A stretch of DNA of 64,000 nucleotides. It comes from Octopus vulgaris (taxonomy: Eukaryota). The stretch covers positions 81,406,001-81,470,000 of the forward strand of contig OX597821.1 in assembly GCA_951406725.2 (NCBI GenBank). The letters are read 5' to 3'. This document shows, in pieces, positions 37,631 through 51,947 of this stretch. The notes beneath the pieces are model-generated. The model saw only the letters and a program-made list of their open reading frames with translations. It was not told the DNA's origin and did not search any database. Each line of letters opens with the position of its first letter. Within the stretch, counting starts at the first letter, position 1. A program made the translations under genes and the position numbers.

Positions 37631-38591
37631 GTGCAAAATATGGCATCACTTTCTGTGGACCCTAGCAAATAAACAAATAGCAATTTCTTACATATTGTAA
37701 ACATCCTCATAAAAATGAAAATAAGGATAGTGTTACATTGTATACTTTTTATTACGGCAGAAAATTTACAAACAATTATGGTTATTAATATTTGGTTTTT
37801 ATATCAAATCTTTTCCCTTTTATATAGAATCTTATATGGCCTTCATATTTCTTAAATTATTCAATCACCAAGGGAGACTGCAATAATGAACAAACCAATG
37901 AATAACTCATGGTTTGGTCTATTATGATAAGTCTGAGAAATAAACTATGTTGTAGCAAGTAAAATGTTTAACCTTTTTCTTACCAATATTTGTTGAAATA
38001 CACTGATATTGTTTCAATTAATTTTGAAAATTATGAAGAATTACGTTAAAAAAAAAAAATGACATTATTAAGCTGATGTCTGAATCATATATTAATATGA
38101 AATTTTGACAGAAAATTTTACTTTAGATCACTTCAAGACAAGAAATTTTTTATCATAAAACCAGAGGGGTCTTCTAGAAGTAAAATCACAGGAAAACTAA
38201 ATGAAATGAACGTTGTTCAAAATCCCATGATAACAACCTGCCCAAAACTGCTGGTATTAAACTGTTCATATTAAATTAAAATCTTACTTGAAATCTTATT
38301 ATAAGAGTAATAACACATTTCAGAGTTAAAAATTCCATAACACCATGTGAGAACCCTTTTCCCTTTGAGCTGTATTCTAAACACAAGCTTATAACAATAC
38401 ATGAATGAGAAAGCTAGAGAGCTTTCATGTAGTCACTTACCTGCAAGAAAATAACAGCCAAACACCTCTCTCATTATATCTTATTGCTTTAGAAGAAAAA
38501 TGCATTGACTAATGTAGTAATAGATACTCTATGTCTTAAAAAGATAGTACAGTCATGGCTAGAATTTTGTCAATGGTCTGTTACATTAAAC

Positions 38592-39055
38592 CAGGGGTGG
38601 GGAAACCCCAATGCGCTAGCACATTTTATTGCATCCACAGGCTCATATACTCATATGTACAAAATCTAATAAATTTTTCAATTACACAATTTACACAATA
38701 TTCATATGCCTATTTGCAACATAGGTCACATTTCCATTATGGCTAAAATGGTTAGACTTGAACAGAAATTATCTGGTAATTGCCATTTGAATGAAAATTT
38801 TGTTTACACTACAAAACACATATTGCTAGGTTTGTACCACCCCCTTGAGGCCCAACGACACTCTAGCTGAAAAACATAGAATACCTCATAAACAATATAA
38901 ATGTCTTAAATTCAGTAGCAGTATTAATGAAGATGTTATGTGTTAATTTAATGTGTTACATTTATCTTTATTAATGTATATCGAATTACAGATAGATATA
39001 TACAAGATTTACACAGATAGAAGAGTATTTCTTTGGAAATTTTTGCCCACCCCTG
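38592..39055. mobile_element. hAT-superfamily MITE
   Basis: TIR CAGGGGTGGG...CCCACCCCTG with perfect 8-bp TSD CATTAAAC (38584-38591, 39056-39063). Confidence 0.9.
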
Positions 39056-41309
39056 CATTAAACTGACCAAGAAAACAACCACTAAATCAGAAAAAGTTGG
39101 TTATTTTTAATCTAACTCCCTCCAAGTTGTTTATAACTTTGAAGATGAAATGAAACAAGGTATTGAATCTATACCTGTAAGAAATATGATCACAAAGGTG
39201 TCAGCTGAATCATGGATGTGTTTGAAAGTTACTAATCGGTGAACTAATGTACAAATGAAAGCGGGAAAGGAGGAAGTTCAATAAGGTAGGGTTAAACATG
39301 CAGATACCAAGATTCTGGTAAAAGAGGAACAAAACCTTATCTCAACAGAAAGATTAAGCATTATTATCACTAAGTGTTTAGTAATCAAGAGGAAGCCATT
39401 TGTTTCATAGATAACGTTCATGATATTGCTCATTTGTGATTGATGGAAAGTCTTAGATATGAAAGAAACATATTCTATAATGATGGAAGGTCAGCACTAG
39501 TTTTACAGCTCCAGAAGCAAATGATATCTATAAAATAATAAAGCCTCTTAAATGCAGTTAGAAGATGTTAATGATTTGTTGTTTGTTTATTAGATCCAGA
39601 GAACAAGAAGCTGACCCATTCTAATTGCAGAAGCTGACTACTGTTAGTAGATGGATATTTGATTTGACTTTGAAAAAAAGTAACAGTCGTGTTGTTTCTA
39701 AACATTATTTCTCTTTCAAAATTTTATTCTAATATACCTTTTTAAATATATATAAATTATATTCATAACCAGTAATATTTCCCAGTGTCTACTGCAGCAT
39801 CTAGGATAGAGAGAGAGAGAGAGTAAACAATACTCTTAGTTTTCTGTCTGGAGATAAAAAGAAACAGATTTCAGAACCAAATTTCATAGCTTGTGACCTT
39901 CTCCTTGAAATTATGTTCCTCTATGCAAAATTTCAACATCTAGGTGCGAAATTGTGGTCTACTACTTAGAACATAGATACATGTATACATTCATTTTTAA
40001 GATATGTTATTAATATCTGAATGCATGAGGTGAAGAAGGGCTAGAGAGGTAACAGATCCTACAGTAACAGGTAAATTCCTGGAGTAGAGATTAGATAATG
40101 GTACTATTAAAATATATAAAACATCAATTCAAGTGACTAGATCAGAAAGTAACATTGGGGTCTGTTAAGGTATAAATAACCTACTAAAAAAACTAAGGCA
40201 CAAGTGAAAAAGAAAATAGCAGCTAACCTGAAGTCAGAAAAATAAGGAAAAGAAAACAGTATTTGACCCAAGTTATTCATTTTAAAAGAAATAAATTTAA
40301 TATTTAATTCTGAAGTATTCCTTTTCAATGGTGCCAAAGATCCTGAATCTTATGCAAAATGAGAAAAGCTTTTAACTACTAGGTTAATGGCTATGTTAGC
40401 TGAGTTAGACATGTACTGGATATAAGGGACATCTGAGAAAAATATACCCCCACCAGAACAATTAAAAACTTCATGAGCCCTAAATGTGCAAAAGTTGTAA
40501 TTAATAGTCAAAGTGACATCTCTATAATTAAATAGTAATAAATTGTGAACCATTTAAAGTCGATAGCCTGCAGCAGAGAAATTCAAGCAACGTAATACTT
40601 GACGAGAAGTCTTTATGAAAATAATAACAGATAACAATAACACATTCACAATCCTGTCCTTCATTCAGAGTTGCACTCACAACAATTATATCCCCATCCA
40701 TTTCATTATTATAAAACAGCTATGACAGCCAGAAACTTGAAATTAGGTTTTCTCTAAAATAAAGTTAATAGTTTGACTTTTTTTTTTAGCTAGATTTAAT
40801 TGATTCTGGAATAATTAGTATGCAGTTACTTTTAATTATAAATAGCCTGTAGCTACATTATTGTCAAAACAAAGTTCTCAACCAAGAGAGATGCACTAAA
40901 TAAACAAAACAGAAATACAATACCTAAACCATGCGGATGTTAGAATCTAACAAGTTTCTGGTAACTTGAAATTTCCAAACAATACAGATTGAGCAGAATA
41001 TATTTTAGGTACAGGCATGGCTGTGTGGCTAAAAAGCTTGCTTTGAAGTCATATGTTTTGGGTTCAGTCCCACTACGCAGCACCTTGGGCAAGTGCCTTC
41101 AACTATAAACTCAGGGTGATAAATGTCTTGTGAGTGTATTTGGTAGATGGAAACTGTGTGTAGGCTCCTCTGTGTGTGTGTGTGTGTGTGTGTATGTACA
41201 CACACAGCATTCAAGCTAAATTTGAAAGTTTGCATAAAAAGAAAACACAATATCCAAAACCAGAAGTATTTCAAAAAATATCAGCTAGATTGTGGCTGGG
41301 AGATAACAA

Positions 41310-42260
41310 ACCACTCAAAGTAGCCACCCCCAGCTTCAGAATCTGGTGCATGCCTTCCTCACTGTATCCCTGGGTAGATCTTCAAACACCTTTTTGATGT
41401 TGCCCACCAGCTTGGCCTTGGTGCTTCAGGCAGAATGGTTGGTGCCTTTCTAAACTGTGCCCCACAGGTAATAATCCATGGGATTACAATTAGGGGAATT
41501 TAGGAGGCCAGAAATTGGGATCATAGAAATTCTTCCACAACCACTTCTGAATCTCTCTGGAGGTGTGGCAAGGAGCCAAATCCTGCTGCTATGCATATGG
41601 CCTTCCACCAGCAACCCTCTCAAGTCAGGGTTTGATCACAGTTTCAACAGCTTCATATAGCCATCTAAAATTATATTAAAGCTCTGGTCAAAGATGTGGG
41701 ACAGCTTGACATCACCATTACTGGAGGCCCATGCAAAGACCATCACAGTTTAAGGGAACTTGGTTTTCATGATACATGGTATATCACATGGATTGTAGAC
41801 AAGCCACATGTTGTTTTGAGTGCTGTACAACTGGTCCTAGCAGTTCTTTTCATCTGAGAAGAACCAGACGATCCCTGGGCCAACAGGATGCTGTAGCTTG
41901 TTGAGGAGCTTATTTACCTTCATCAAGCTGTTCTCCTTGGCCTTGACTGTCAGAATTTGACCCTTGTGTTTCTTGTACAAGTGGTAGCAAAGGTCCTCAT
42001 TCATGGTGGCGACTCAAACACACACTTCTCTTGCCAAAGCCTGGGTTCCTTTGGTCTTCCATCATCTTGTCTTGCAGCTATTGGATGAATTCCAGCATGC
42101 AGTTTCAGTCAGAACACCAGTTGTGTCTCTTCCTGCAGGCAATGGCTTTGTTGTGTCCATTGCAACTATCACATCTTACAATCTTGACAGTGTTCACAGA
42201 ACATTGAGCAGTAGTCATGATGTCGGCATTTTAATACCCAGTGAGTCATCATGACAGGTA
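41310..42260 (-). mobile_element. Decayed Tc1/mariner transposase (maT/DD37D-like)
   Basis: WFFSDEKN, KFP..VMVF and FWPP..P.CNPMDYYLWG motifs, with frameshifts. Confidence 0.82.
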
Positions 42261-42309
42261 ACAGTACAGTCCAAATTCTACAACTGGCAGTTCATTCTTA
42301 AGAATGCTT

Positions 42310-42770
42310 AATAGGAACAATCAAACAACATCGGCTACCTCAGAGCTATTTAAACTACCTGAAGATACATTGAAAAGCTCATCATGTTTTTTCACTGAAA
42401 AATAGCTGTCATAGTATAGCAATGATTTTCTAGCCTTTAGAATGAGGTTGATGTTAGTTTCAGAGATGGCAGCATAGTTTTTGCTCAACTCAGAAGATAT
42501 CAAACTGGATAAACTTGTGGTTATGCTTGTTCATGATGTTGTTAAACCACCTAACAATCTCACTATTACAAACCCATTGTTTAAGATCACTGGCCATCCT
42601 GATTCTAATGTTGATGATGTCAAGTATATGCTCACTGATCCTGTCTATTTCACTCTTCATAGAGTTGATGAGTCTGCAATTAGGGTTTCCAATGAAGTTA
42701 TCCTAGTAATCTTTCAGTAGGAGTTAAAGTTTATGCATACTACACCTATGTTTCTAGGCATTTCACCTCA
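42310..42770 (-). mobile_element. Penelope-like element RT fragment
   Basis: ILKARKSLLYYDSYFSVKKHDELFNVSSGSLNSSEVADVV resembles PLE RT (ARKSLLF..W.KK..FDVTMGS.DGAEV). Confidence 0.7.
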
Positions 42771-43454
42771 TTATTAAACAAACTGTTGGTACTACGGCTG
42801 TTTTTTTTTTCATAAGTGTGCACGAAGTTGCTTATTAAGAGTGAGACGTAAGTTTATCAATCTAATTGATATGCATTTTTTGTAATTATAATCATTATTG
42901 CATGAAAGAGCAATGCATGCCATCAAAGTGACACTGGAGTACAAATATACAAAGCCCAATATACCCATCATGACTATCCATCTGATAAGGATACACTGAG
43001 CACATGCATCACAGCCATATGTGTGTGATATAGTGATCTCATATCAAGATAAACTGTGCATGACTTTGCAGGTGGGGGTCTAGTTAGATTTTTCTTCAGG
43101 TCGAGTAGCCCATCCCACTGAAAAGGTCCCTGAATAAGGGTTGTTTAAGGATGTTGAATGAAACGCCCACGTTTTCAAAGGTGAATTATTCAAACCCCAA
43201 AGAATTCCTTTCAACACATGACTATGATGCTCCCCCACTACTTCTGCTTGCAATCAGAGATGCACACAACATCGACCATTAAGGGACATGCTCAACTGGT
43301 TAAGATTAAGCAACTGACAAGCAAATCTGTGGCACTGGGCAGAATATTTGTTGTAGCACAGCTTTTATACCAAGACAAGACATGTACATGATAGGACTTC
43401 CAATCAGTTAACATGAGAAGCTATGGGAGCCACTGTCTAGTATTGCATCAGGGC

Positions 43455-43495
<41 letters not shown>

Positions 43496-44121
43496 ACCTC
43501 CACCTTAGCGAAGGTGGAGGTATTGTTTTTCAGTCATGTTTGTTTGTTTGTTTGTCTGTGAACAAGATATCTCAAGAACCACTGGATGCATTCAGATGAA
43601 ACTTTCAGGGATGCTTGGCTTCATGACTAGCACAAACTAATTAGAATTTGGGATCAATCTGGTACTGGACACAGCTTCTGGATTATTTTTCTGTTAATTT
43701 ACTTAATTTTTGAGAGCGGTTCGGTTCATTTTTAGTATTCTCGTTTGTGAGAGCGGGTGAGTTTATTTTAGATATTCTCATTTTAAAACTCATCTCCAGC
43801 TAATCGTTGAGAGGACATTGGTGTTGCCTTGGCAGAGGTTTGCACTCTCTGGGTGCTTTTGTTATTATTATTATTTATTATTATTATTAAATACAATAAA
43901 CACACACACACACATACATACATATATATATATATATATTTATATTACACACGCACACACCATGTAAGAATCCATAAGTCAGAAAAAATATGCACTCGTA
44001 TATTAGTCAATAGTATATTAATCAAAGTGTACAGTATTTATAATCATTATGGCCATCTTACAATCAGTTTCACACTAGGGCTTCAATGGAGCAATGGAGT
44101 TATGTATGGATGTATGTAAAG

Positions 44122-44237
44122 ACACACACACACACACACACACATCTCTCTCTGTATATAAAACACACACACACACATATATTATATATATATATACATA
44201 CATATATATAAATATATATACATACATATATATAAAC

Positions 44238-44290
<53 letters not shown>
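44122..44290. repeat. Compound (CA)n/(TA)n/(TG)n microsatellite
   Basis: Direct reading. Confidence 0.95.
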
Positions 44291-45789
44291 AGAAGTTCAC
44301 TTCACAACCGCATGGTTGTAGAGTGAACCTCTGATCTTCACAACTATATCTGCACTTATACACTGCTGAAAACTAAATCCTCACACAAAAAAAAGGAATA
44401 AATAAAAATAATAATAAAATAGATGTAAAAAGTAGGTAAGAGAAATATTGAAAGAAAAGAATTTAAAAAATGGTAAAGAAAAGCTTTGGAAACAATTAAT
44501 TTAAACAACAGAAATACATGTGTGAAAAGTAATCCTATGACAACATAAAAATTGAAACGACACAAGATATAAAGAGAATATTTAAGTGTAGCATGTGGTG
44601 AACCTATGAATAGATATCGTCATAAATAGATTGTTGATTGTGGTTGACTCCTCTGCCTATTAAATATACACTAAGAGGGTAAGGTACTGGAATTATAGGA
44701 GTCATATGAGCTGAGTGGTGATTAAGATAATTAATTAGTTCAAATCTTTCAACAGACATTGACACTTCTTTTAAGCAAGGTCCCAAAGGTCACTGAAAAT
44801 AGGCTGCAATCATAATAGAGAGTGGTACAAGGTGAAATAAATTTGGGGGATTTTGGATAGAGCCCGTCTTTGAATAGAATAATGCAGTGGTTGTCAGAGA
44901 GAAACTCTAGCTGTGGAATACTCTGCTCCATAGAATTTAAATTCATAACCCAGATTTGTAGGAACCACTAAATAAAATTTTAGCATTGAGAAATGAATAT
45001 GAAAAATTGCAAGAAAAGCAATTCATATGAGTTTAGTATTTTATTCAGTTTATTTAATCAATGTCACATGGCTTGTATAGAGCTTTCACTATCAAATTAA
45101 TTGGAACATTTGTATAAATAAAGTAATTAAGTGTCTACTATAAGACTTCTGCACTGTAATATTTCAGTTTGAAACACATGATCTGAAATCAAGCCAATTG
45201 CCAAGCCATCCTGTAATTATTAATAGATATGGTTCTATGTTGAATATGGCTTTATTCATGTCAACCATGGTAGTGTGGCTGAGAAGTTTCCTTTGAAACT
45301 ACATGGTTTGGGGCCAAGTCCTATCCTGCAGCACCATAAATGTTTTCTAAAGCCCCAAGCAGACCAACACCTTGTGAGTGAAACTTAGCAAATGGAAACT
45401 GTAGGATTACCAGTGAACAGCTAGATGGATGGATAGAAAAAGGAGGGAAAGAGAGAGAGAGAGATTTGCATATGTGAGTGAGATTTGCATATGTGAGTGT
45501 GTGTGTGTAATGTTGATAAATAGCAGCTTGTCAGTATCTGAGTGAAATAGTGATGATGTTTACATTCCTTACTGCTGCCAAAGACCTGTGTAAAACAATC
45601 CTTTGCTTGAAGAACAGGTAAGGCTTAATGACACAAAAAAGACATAGGGCCCTGTAAAATCCTGCCACAAATAAATCTCTGTCCAACTCATACTAGCATG
45701 GGAGAATGGTTGTTAAATGAATTAACAAGTGAATGTGTTTGTATGTGTGTGTGTGCATATCTATTAACAGGTTCACTTTACTTCTCATA

Positions 45790-46990
45790 TTATTTAAAGT
45801 TTTGTGGGTGTGGAAACATGACTCAGTGACTTTGACATCAGAATCATTATGAATGCTAGGATGTCACTTCTATTTCATAATGATCCATACTGGGTAAAAA
45901 GAAGGGTGACTCGCTATTTAACAAATCCATAGGTTATATGACAGGGCGAAGGTCACTGACCTCACAGGGCTCTTCATCCTTGATACTCTAAGAAAATATA
46001 CACACCCACACAATTTGGCCCAATACAGAGTAGACATATGAGCAACTATGCCATGGATAAGTTTAAGAAGAACCTTGTTAGCTTCTTCAAAGAGTTCAGC
46101 TTATCCATAAATGTCACCACCAACTTAACAAAAGTTGAATTCCTGGATTCTAACCTACACTTCAAAGCAAGCAAGTACTTGCTACTCCAACAATGAGAAA
46201 ATTGTTAATAAATATTCTAACCACCCACCATCTGTAATTAGTAACAGGTATCAGAAGAATCTCCAGCTTAACATCAGACTGAGAATTTTTCAACAGGGCA
46301 GTACTCTATTACAATACGGTTTTAGCAAGAAATGGCTTTACTGATAAGTTAATATACATGGAGTGTTACCTACCATATCCACGCACAAAAGAAGAATGGT
46401 TATCTGGCATAATCCTCTATTCAACCTAGATGCTTCTACTGAGTTAAGCAAAAGCTTCCTGATCTTAGGCAACATTTTCATAAAAGTGATAGATACCATA
46501 AGCCTTTTAATTCCCATAACATTAAAGTCAGTTATTCATGCTTAGAAAATATCACTTCCAACATCACATGCTATAACAGAAGCAAACGCACAACCACACA
46601 ATCTCCATCCTACACTCCCAATTGCTGAAATCCTACCAACTGTCTAACAGGAGGATCCTACGTCTTGAAAGCTGTGGTCTATACAACCACCCTAACACCA
46701 TCCAATGGTATTTATAAGCCACTATACAGGCTTGACAGTCAAGAACTACAAAGAGAGACATCCACTGCATGTGTACCCCTGCAGATATAGGGACACAGAA
46801 AACCTCATTTCCTTATCCTGCTTTATCTGGAGATCCTATGACTGCAGCAACATCTCGGCCAACATCAAATGGCATATAATTGACAGTCCCACCTTATTTA
46901 CTTGGAGTTCACAATTGCCAACTCTGCCTCCAAGGAAGGTTTACATACTCCAACAGCTTGCAGTATGCATTAATAGAATGTACTTCTAAT
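45790..46990 (+). mobile_element. Decayed Penelope-like element (RT remnant plus GIY-YIG endonuclease)
   Basis: ARMSLLFHNDPYWVK.., YSNHPPS, RRMVIWHNPLFN, KVSYSC, AVVY..YTGLTVKNYKERH, IKWHII motifs. Confidence 0.8.
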
Positions 46991-48156
46991 GTATATTAAG
47001 CTATTGACTTGGATCTTGATATATCACCCTAAACTGGGTTTATACTATGCTTGTTGAGCATACAGAGATTACCACACCCATTCCTGCAAATCAATGATCC
47101 AGCAGACATACCGCCCACATCTGTACCAATCATCAAATGCATGGATGACATAACGGCATTCACCCATTGTTGCTAAGTTATCACTACATCTACATGACCA
47201 TAACTGATCATCAGACATTAAACATTCTTGATAACACAGAAGCTATTCCTTAGCATCTCATATTTGAAGTGCTGACATCAATGACACTCCAGAGAACATG
47301 CATTGATGACAAAACGACATTAATATCCCACTTGATTCAACACATGGAGTGCTAAATCTGTTATGCTAATGAAACCTGGGCCAGGAATGCAGAGGATTTC
47401 CAAAGACTAGAAATAAATGAAACACATTCGTTCCATTTGATGTAAAATTTGTGTGAATGAATAATGGAGAACTAACAAACTGAGAGAAAAATTGGACACA
47501 AGAGGAATGGAATGTAGTAGAAGAAAGGAGACTGTGCTGGTGTGAGTATGTGGTGTGTATAGAGGATAACAGCTGCATGAAGAAGTGCTACATGCTCAAG
47601 TGGAACCTGTAGAAAAGGGACACGAAGGAAGAACTTATGATAAAATGATGAAGACTGATTTGAAGAACTTGCATTTCACAAGGTAAGGGAGGAGATAAAC
47701 AACTGTGTCAACTGGTGACACATTGTGGGATAAGACCATTCCACCTATGCAAGAAATACAAGGCAAATGTTAAAATTGGTATTCATAATGACTGGGAGGA
47801 ATAGCTAACACCTCCACTCTCAAGTCTACATCTGCTGCCTCACCAACCTCTTTGTCACTCTTTCCATCACTCATTTTACATTCATTCATCTCTCCATTAC
47901 TCACTTCCTCTTCCATTCACTATACTATGCAGGAGGTGAAAATAAGGATGGCAATGGATTTCTCCTGTCCACTCCTCTCATCCACCAAGTATACTGTGTA
48001 CACTGCATAATGAAGGATGATACCAGATCTACCCATATTTCAATCTCTTTCCTTCCAGACTATCATCCTTCTCAGTTTATCTCCTCCTCGCAATACAAGG
48101 CCTGTGTATAAGATATTATATCAAACTTGCTTGTACCTGACACTCTCTACCATCAC

Positions 48157-51060
48157 TCTTGCAAATGGATGTTGTGCTTGCACTTAGTGATTCAGAGAAG
48201 AAAGATGCATGGAAGTGTCACCATGAAAGGTTACTAAACATGGAAAATGAATGGGAGAAGGAGTGTTTACCAAATATTGAACCAATTGAGGGACCAGTCA
48301 TCAGAGTTGATATCAGCATAATAGATAAGGCAATTAAGGACATGAAGACAGAGAAAGCCCCTGGGTCACCAGGAATCACTGCCAAGATGATTAAAATTTC
48401 CAGTGGCATGGGATACAGCTTAGTCACCCATATAGTTAATCAGGTTATTCCAGAAGGCACCATCCCCAACGACTGGGTAAAGGTGGTGTCTTAGATAAAA
48501 ACAACTACAGAGGCATTAAAATGCTAGACTAAGTTATGAAAATTACTGAGAGGGTTATAGCTCAATTGATTAAAAATAGAATTAAACTAGATGAGATGCA
48601 GTTTGGTTTTGTACCTGGGAAGAGTACCACAGATGCCATCTTCCTTGTGAGACAGCTACAGGAAAAGTATTTGGCCAAAAGTAAGCCACTGTACTTAGCT
48701 TCATTGACCTGGAGAAAGCTTTCGACAGAGTTCCCCGCACTGTTATATGGTGGTCTCTAAGGAAGTTAGGAGTAGAGGTGTGGCTTCTCAGAGCTGTCCA
48801 AACCATGTACAGTGGTGCTGTCAGTAAGGTGAGAGTTGGCCATGAATACAATGATGAATTCAACGTTCAAGTAGGGTTCACCAGGGCTCAGTTCTCAGCC
48901 CACTCTTATTCATTATAGTCCTCCAGGCCATAACAGAAGAATTCAAGACTGGGTACCCATGGGAACTGTTATATGATGATGACCTTACTCTTATCACAGA
49001 ATCTTTAGCAGAATTGGAGAAGAAATTCCAGGTATGGAAACAAAAGGCCTTAAAGTTAACCTAGCTAAGACAAAAGTGATTGTTAGTAAGAAAGTAGATG
49101 AAACTCTCTTTCCATATGGTAAATGGCCTTGTTCAATATGTAGGAAAGGAGTTGGAAGAAATTCCATTTGCTGCACCCAGTATAAACTAGGGACACATAA
49201 GAGACGCAGTGGTATCACAGGTAGATTTACAGATAAAGTCGTCTTTGCATGTGGCAGATGTGCAGGGACAATAAGCACTAAAAGCAGACGGGACTTAGAT
49301 TCTCTCAAATGCCATGAAGGCTCTCAAAGTTGTAGATAGTTTCAGTTACCTAGGTAACCAAATTAGCAATGGCAGAGGATGCTCCGAAAGTATTGTCTCT
49401 AGAATAAGAATTGGGTGGAGGAAGTTTGGAGAGCTCTTACATTTGTTGGCAACAAAACAACTCTCTCTCAGAGTGAAAGGCGGACTATATGATGCTTATT
49501 TGCAAATGGCTATACTCCATGGTAGTGAGGCATGGGTTCTGAAGCAGAAGACATGTGTAGACTGGAGAGAAATGAAGGTAGTATTCTCCATTGGATGTGC
49601 AACATCAGTGTGCTTGTATGACAAAGTGCAAATGTATCGGAAGAAAAGTTGGGCATAAGAGGAATCAAATGTAGCGTGCAAGAGAGAAGATTACGTTGGT
49701 TTGGATATGTGATGCATATGAATGAAGACAGCTGCATAAAGAAGTGCCAATCACTGAAAGTGGATGGTACTCATGGAAGAGGGAAACCCAGGAAGACAGG
49801 GGATGAAGTGGTAAGGACCAATCTCAGGAAGTTGGGCCTCACGTAGGAAATGACAATGAACCGAGATGTCTGGCAATATGTTCTTGAGAAGACCAGTCCA
49901 CGTCAATGAAACTGAGTTCTAGAAGTGCCGTGTGTCCCATCCACACTTAACAAGAAAACTTCTCACACACTCTCACCACAACAAACCAAACTACGTCTCT
50001 ACATCTCTTCTTTTCTTCACATATCTGCTTCATGTACTTTCTTTACCTTCCACACCCCAATCCTGTCCTCTTGGCCCTGTGCCACTGTATCATTGTTCTC
50101 CGCTTACCCCCATCCTGTGTATTCTACCCACATGTCCTGTTTCACTCTATTATTGCTATCTGCTAGCCTCTGACCTGTGTATTCTACCCACATGTAACTC
50201 CATACAATATGCCTAGCTCTCAATCCCCAATCCTGTTCCTCTGTATCATTGCTATCTGGTAGCCTCACCCAACTCTATACAAATCCAGGTCTTTCACCAC
50301 TTACTTGCACTCTTTAATTATATTCCCTTCACAATAATCCTGCCACTCATATTATGGCATTTGAACCTCAAGGGTATGCACTGGCATTTGCCCCCATCTA
50401 TCTCTTTCTTCCTTCACTCAACCATTCCATTTATATTCATTTATATTCTGATCCTTGTTCCTTGTGAGTATGCCCAGCATTTTACCACCATCTCTATCCT
50501 GCTAACTCTCACTCTCTCTCTCCTTCTCCTGCACTTCCCTCAGGTTGGGTAACTGTGTATTTCCTTTGTAGTAGCACACTTGTTTCTGTCTTCATTCCGG
50601 ATTTTTCTCTCTCTGGCCAGGTAACCTTGTACTTCCTCTATAGCAAGACACCTGTATCTGTCTCACTATAACCTTTTCCTCATCCAACACAAGATCGCCT
50701 CCTCCAATGCCTCCTCCCTACTTGCAACTTTTTTTTCCTTGTCTTGCAAGTACTTGGTGACCCTGTCAGTGCAGGTGCCACTTAAAAGCACCTAGTCCAC
50801 ACTGTAAAGTGGTTGGTGTTCGGTAGAGCATCCAGCTGTAAAAACCTTCCCAAAACTGACCTTGCCTGTGCTTGTGCCATGAAAAAGCACTATGTCCACT
50901 CTGCTGAGTAGTTGGTGTTAGGAAGGACATCCGGCTGTAAAAATCCTGCCAAAACAATCAGAAGTCTGATGCAGGCTTCAGCCTGACCAGCTTTTGTGAA
51001 ACCATCACACCCATGCTAACATGGAAGGTGGACATTAAACAATAATGATGATGGTGATGT
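48157..51060 (+). mobile_element. 5'-truncated, frameshifted RTE-clade LINE (RT plus long 3'UTR, (GAT)n tail); a further 3' fragment at ~47420-48150
   Basis: KAPGSPGI, NYRGIK, QFGFVPGKSTTDAIF, DLEKAFDRVPR, QGSVLSPLLF, ELLYDDDL, FSYLG, RRLRWFGYV, RGRGKPRKT. Confidence 0.95.
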
Positions 51061-51899
51061 TGATTTATACTATAAGAAAGGATACACACACAAATACGAG
51101 GCATATAACATAGGGGTTAGGGTGTTGCACTCATAATCATAATGGTTTTGATTTCCGAGACTGATGGTTTGTTGTGATCTTGAGCAAAACACTTCATTTG
51201 ATATTACTCCAGCCTACTCAGCAGAAAATGTGAAACCTTGCAATGGATGGGCATTCTGTTCTGGGTGAAATGTTGTGATCTTAGTTACTTATATGCCAAG
51301 GAAACCAGATAACTGTGGCCATATGAGTTTTAGAAGTCAAGACAGTATTTACTTTAATTTACATACATGGTTTCATATCTCTTTATAATTAAGATCTAAA
51401 CTGTTAATATATGAATGCGAAAGAGAGATTGTTGATTAACTGTAAACCTACTTTGGGGCCACCCTATATATACATATATACACACACAGATAGTATATAT
51501 ATGTATGTATGTGTGTGTGTGTACAATACATATAGTTCAATGATGAGAATCAAATATTCTCTGTATAGAATACACTTAATAGTGCTCAAGTTTAAACTGC
51601 TTGAGTTTTATGTACAGTACATATATATGGTGTATATATACATACACACACACACTTACAATATGTGTGTGTGTGTGTATGCATGCAAACACACACACAC
51701 AGATAACAAAACATTACAAACTCAGTTCAGGTAACAAGCCTGTTAACAAATATCACAAGCCATTTCAAATAGCTCAGATGACTTAGTCTATGTGTTACAA
51801 AAATATATGCATTTTATGAAAGTAAGCTAAATATAAAAAAGTTTCAAGCTCAGAAAATCTTATGACAACATTGGATGGAAAACAATACCAATGATAAAT

Positions 51900-51947
<48 letters not shown>

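Noticed and set aside
40137-40337. Alternative PIKfyve first coding exon
   Set aside because: No family motif or convincing splice sites; 37513-37630 fits phase and motif much better
43829-44363. HT/YI/VC-rich short ORFs here and elsewhere
   Set aside because: Dinucleotide microsatellite translations
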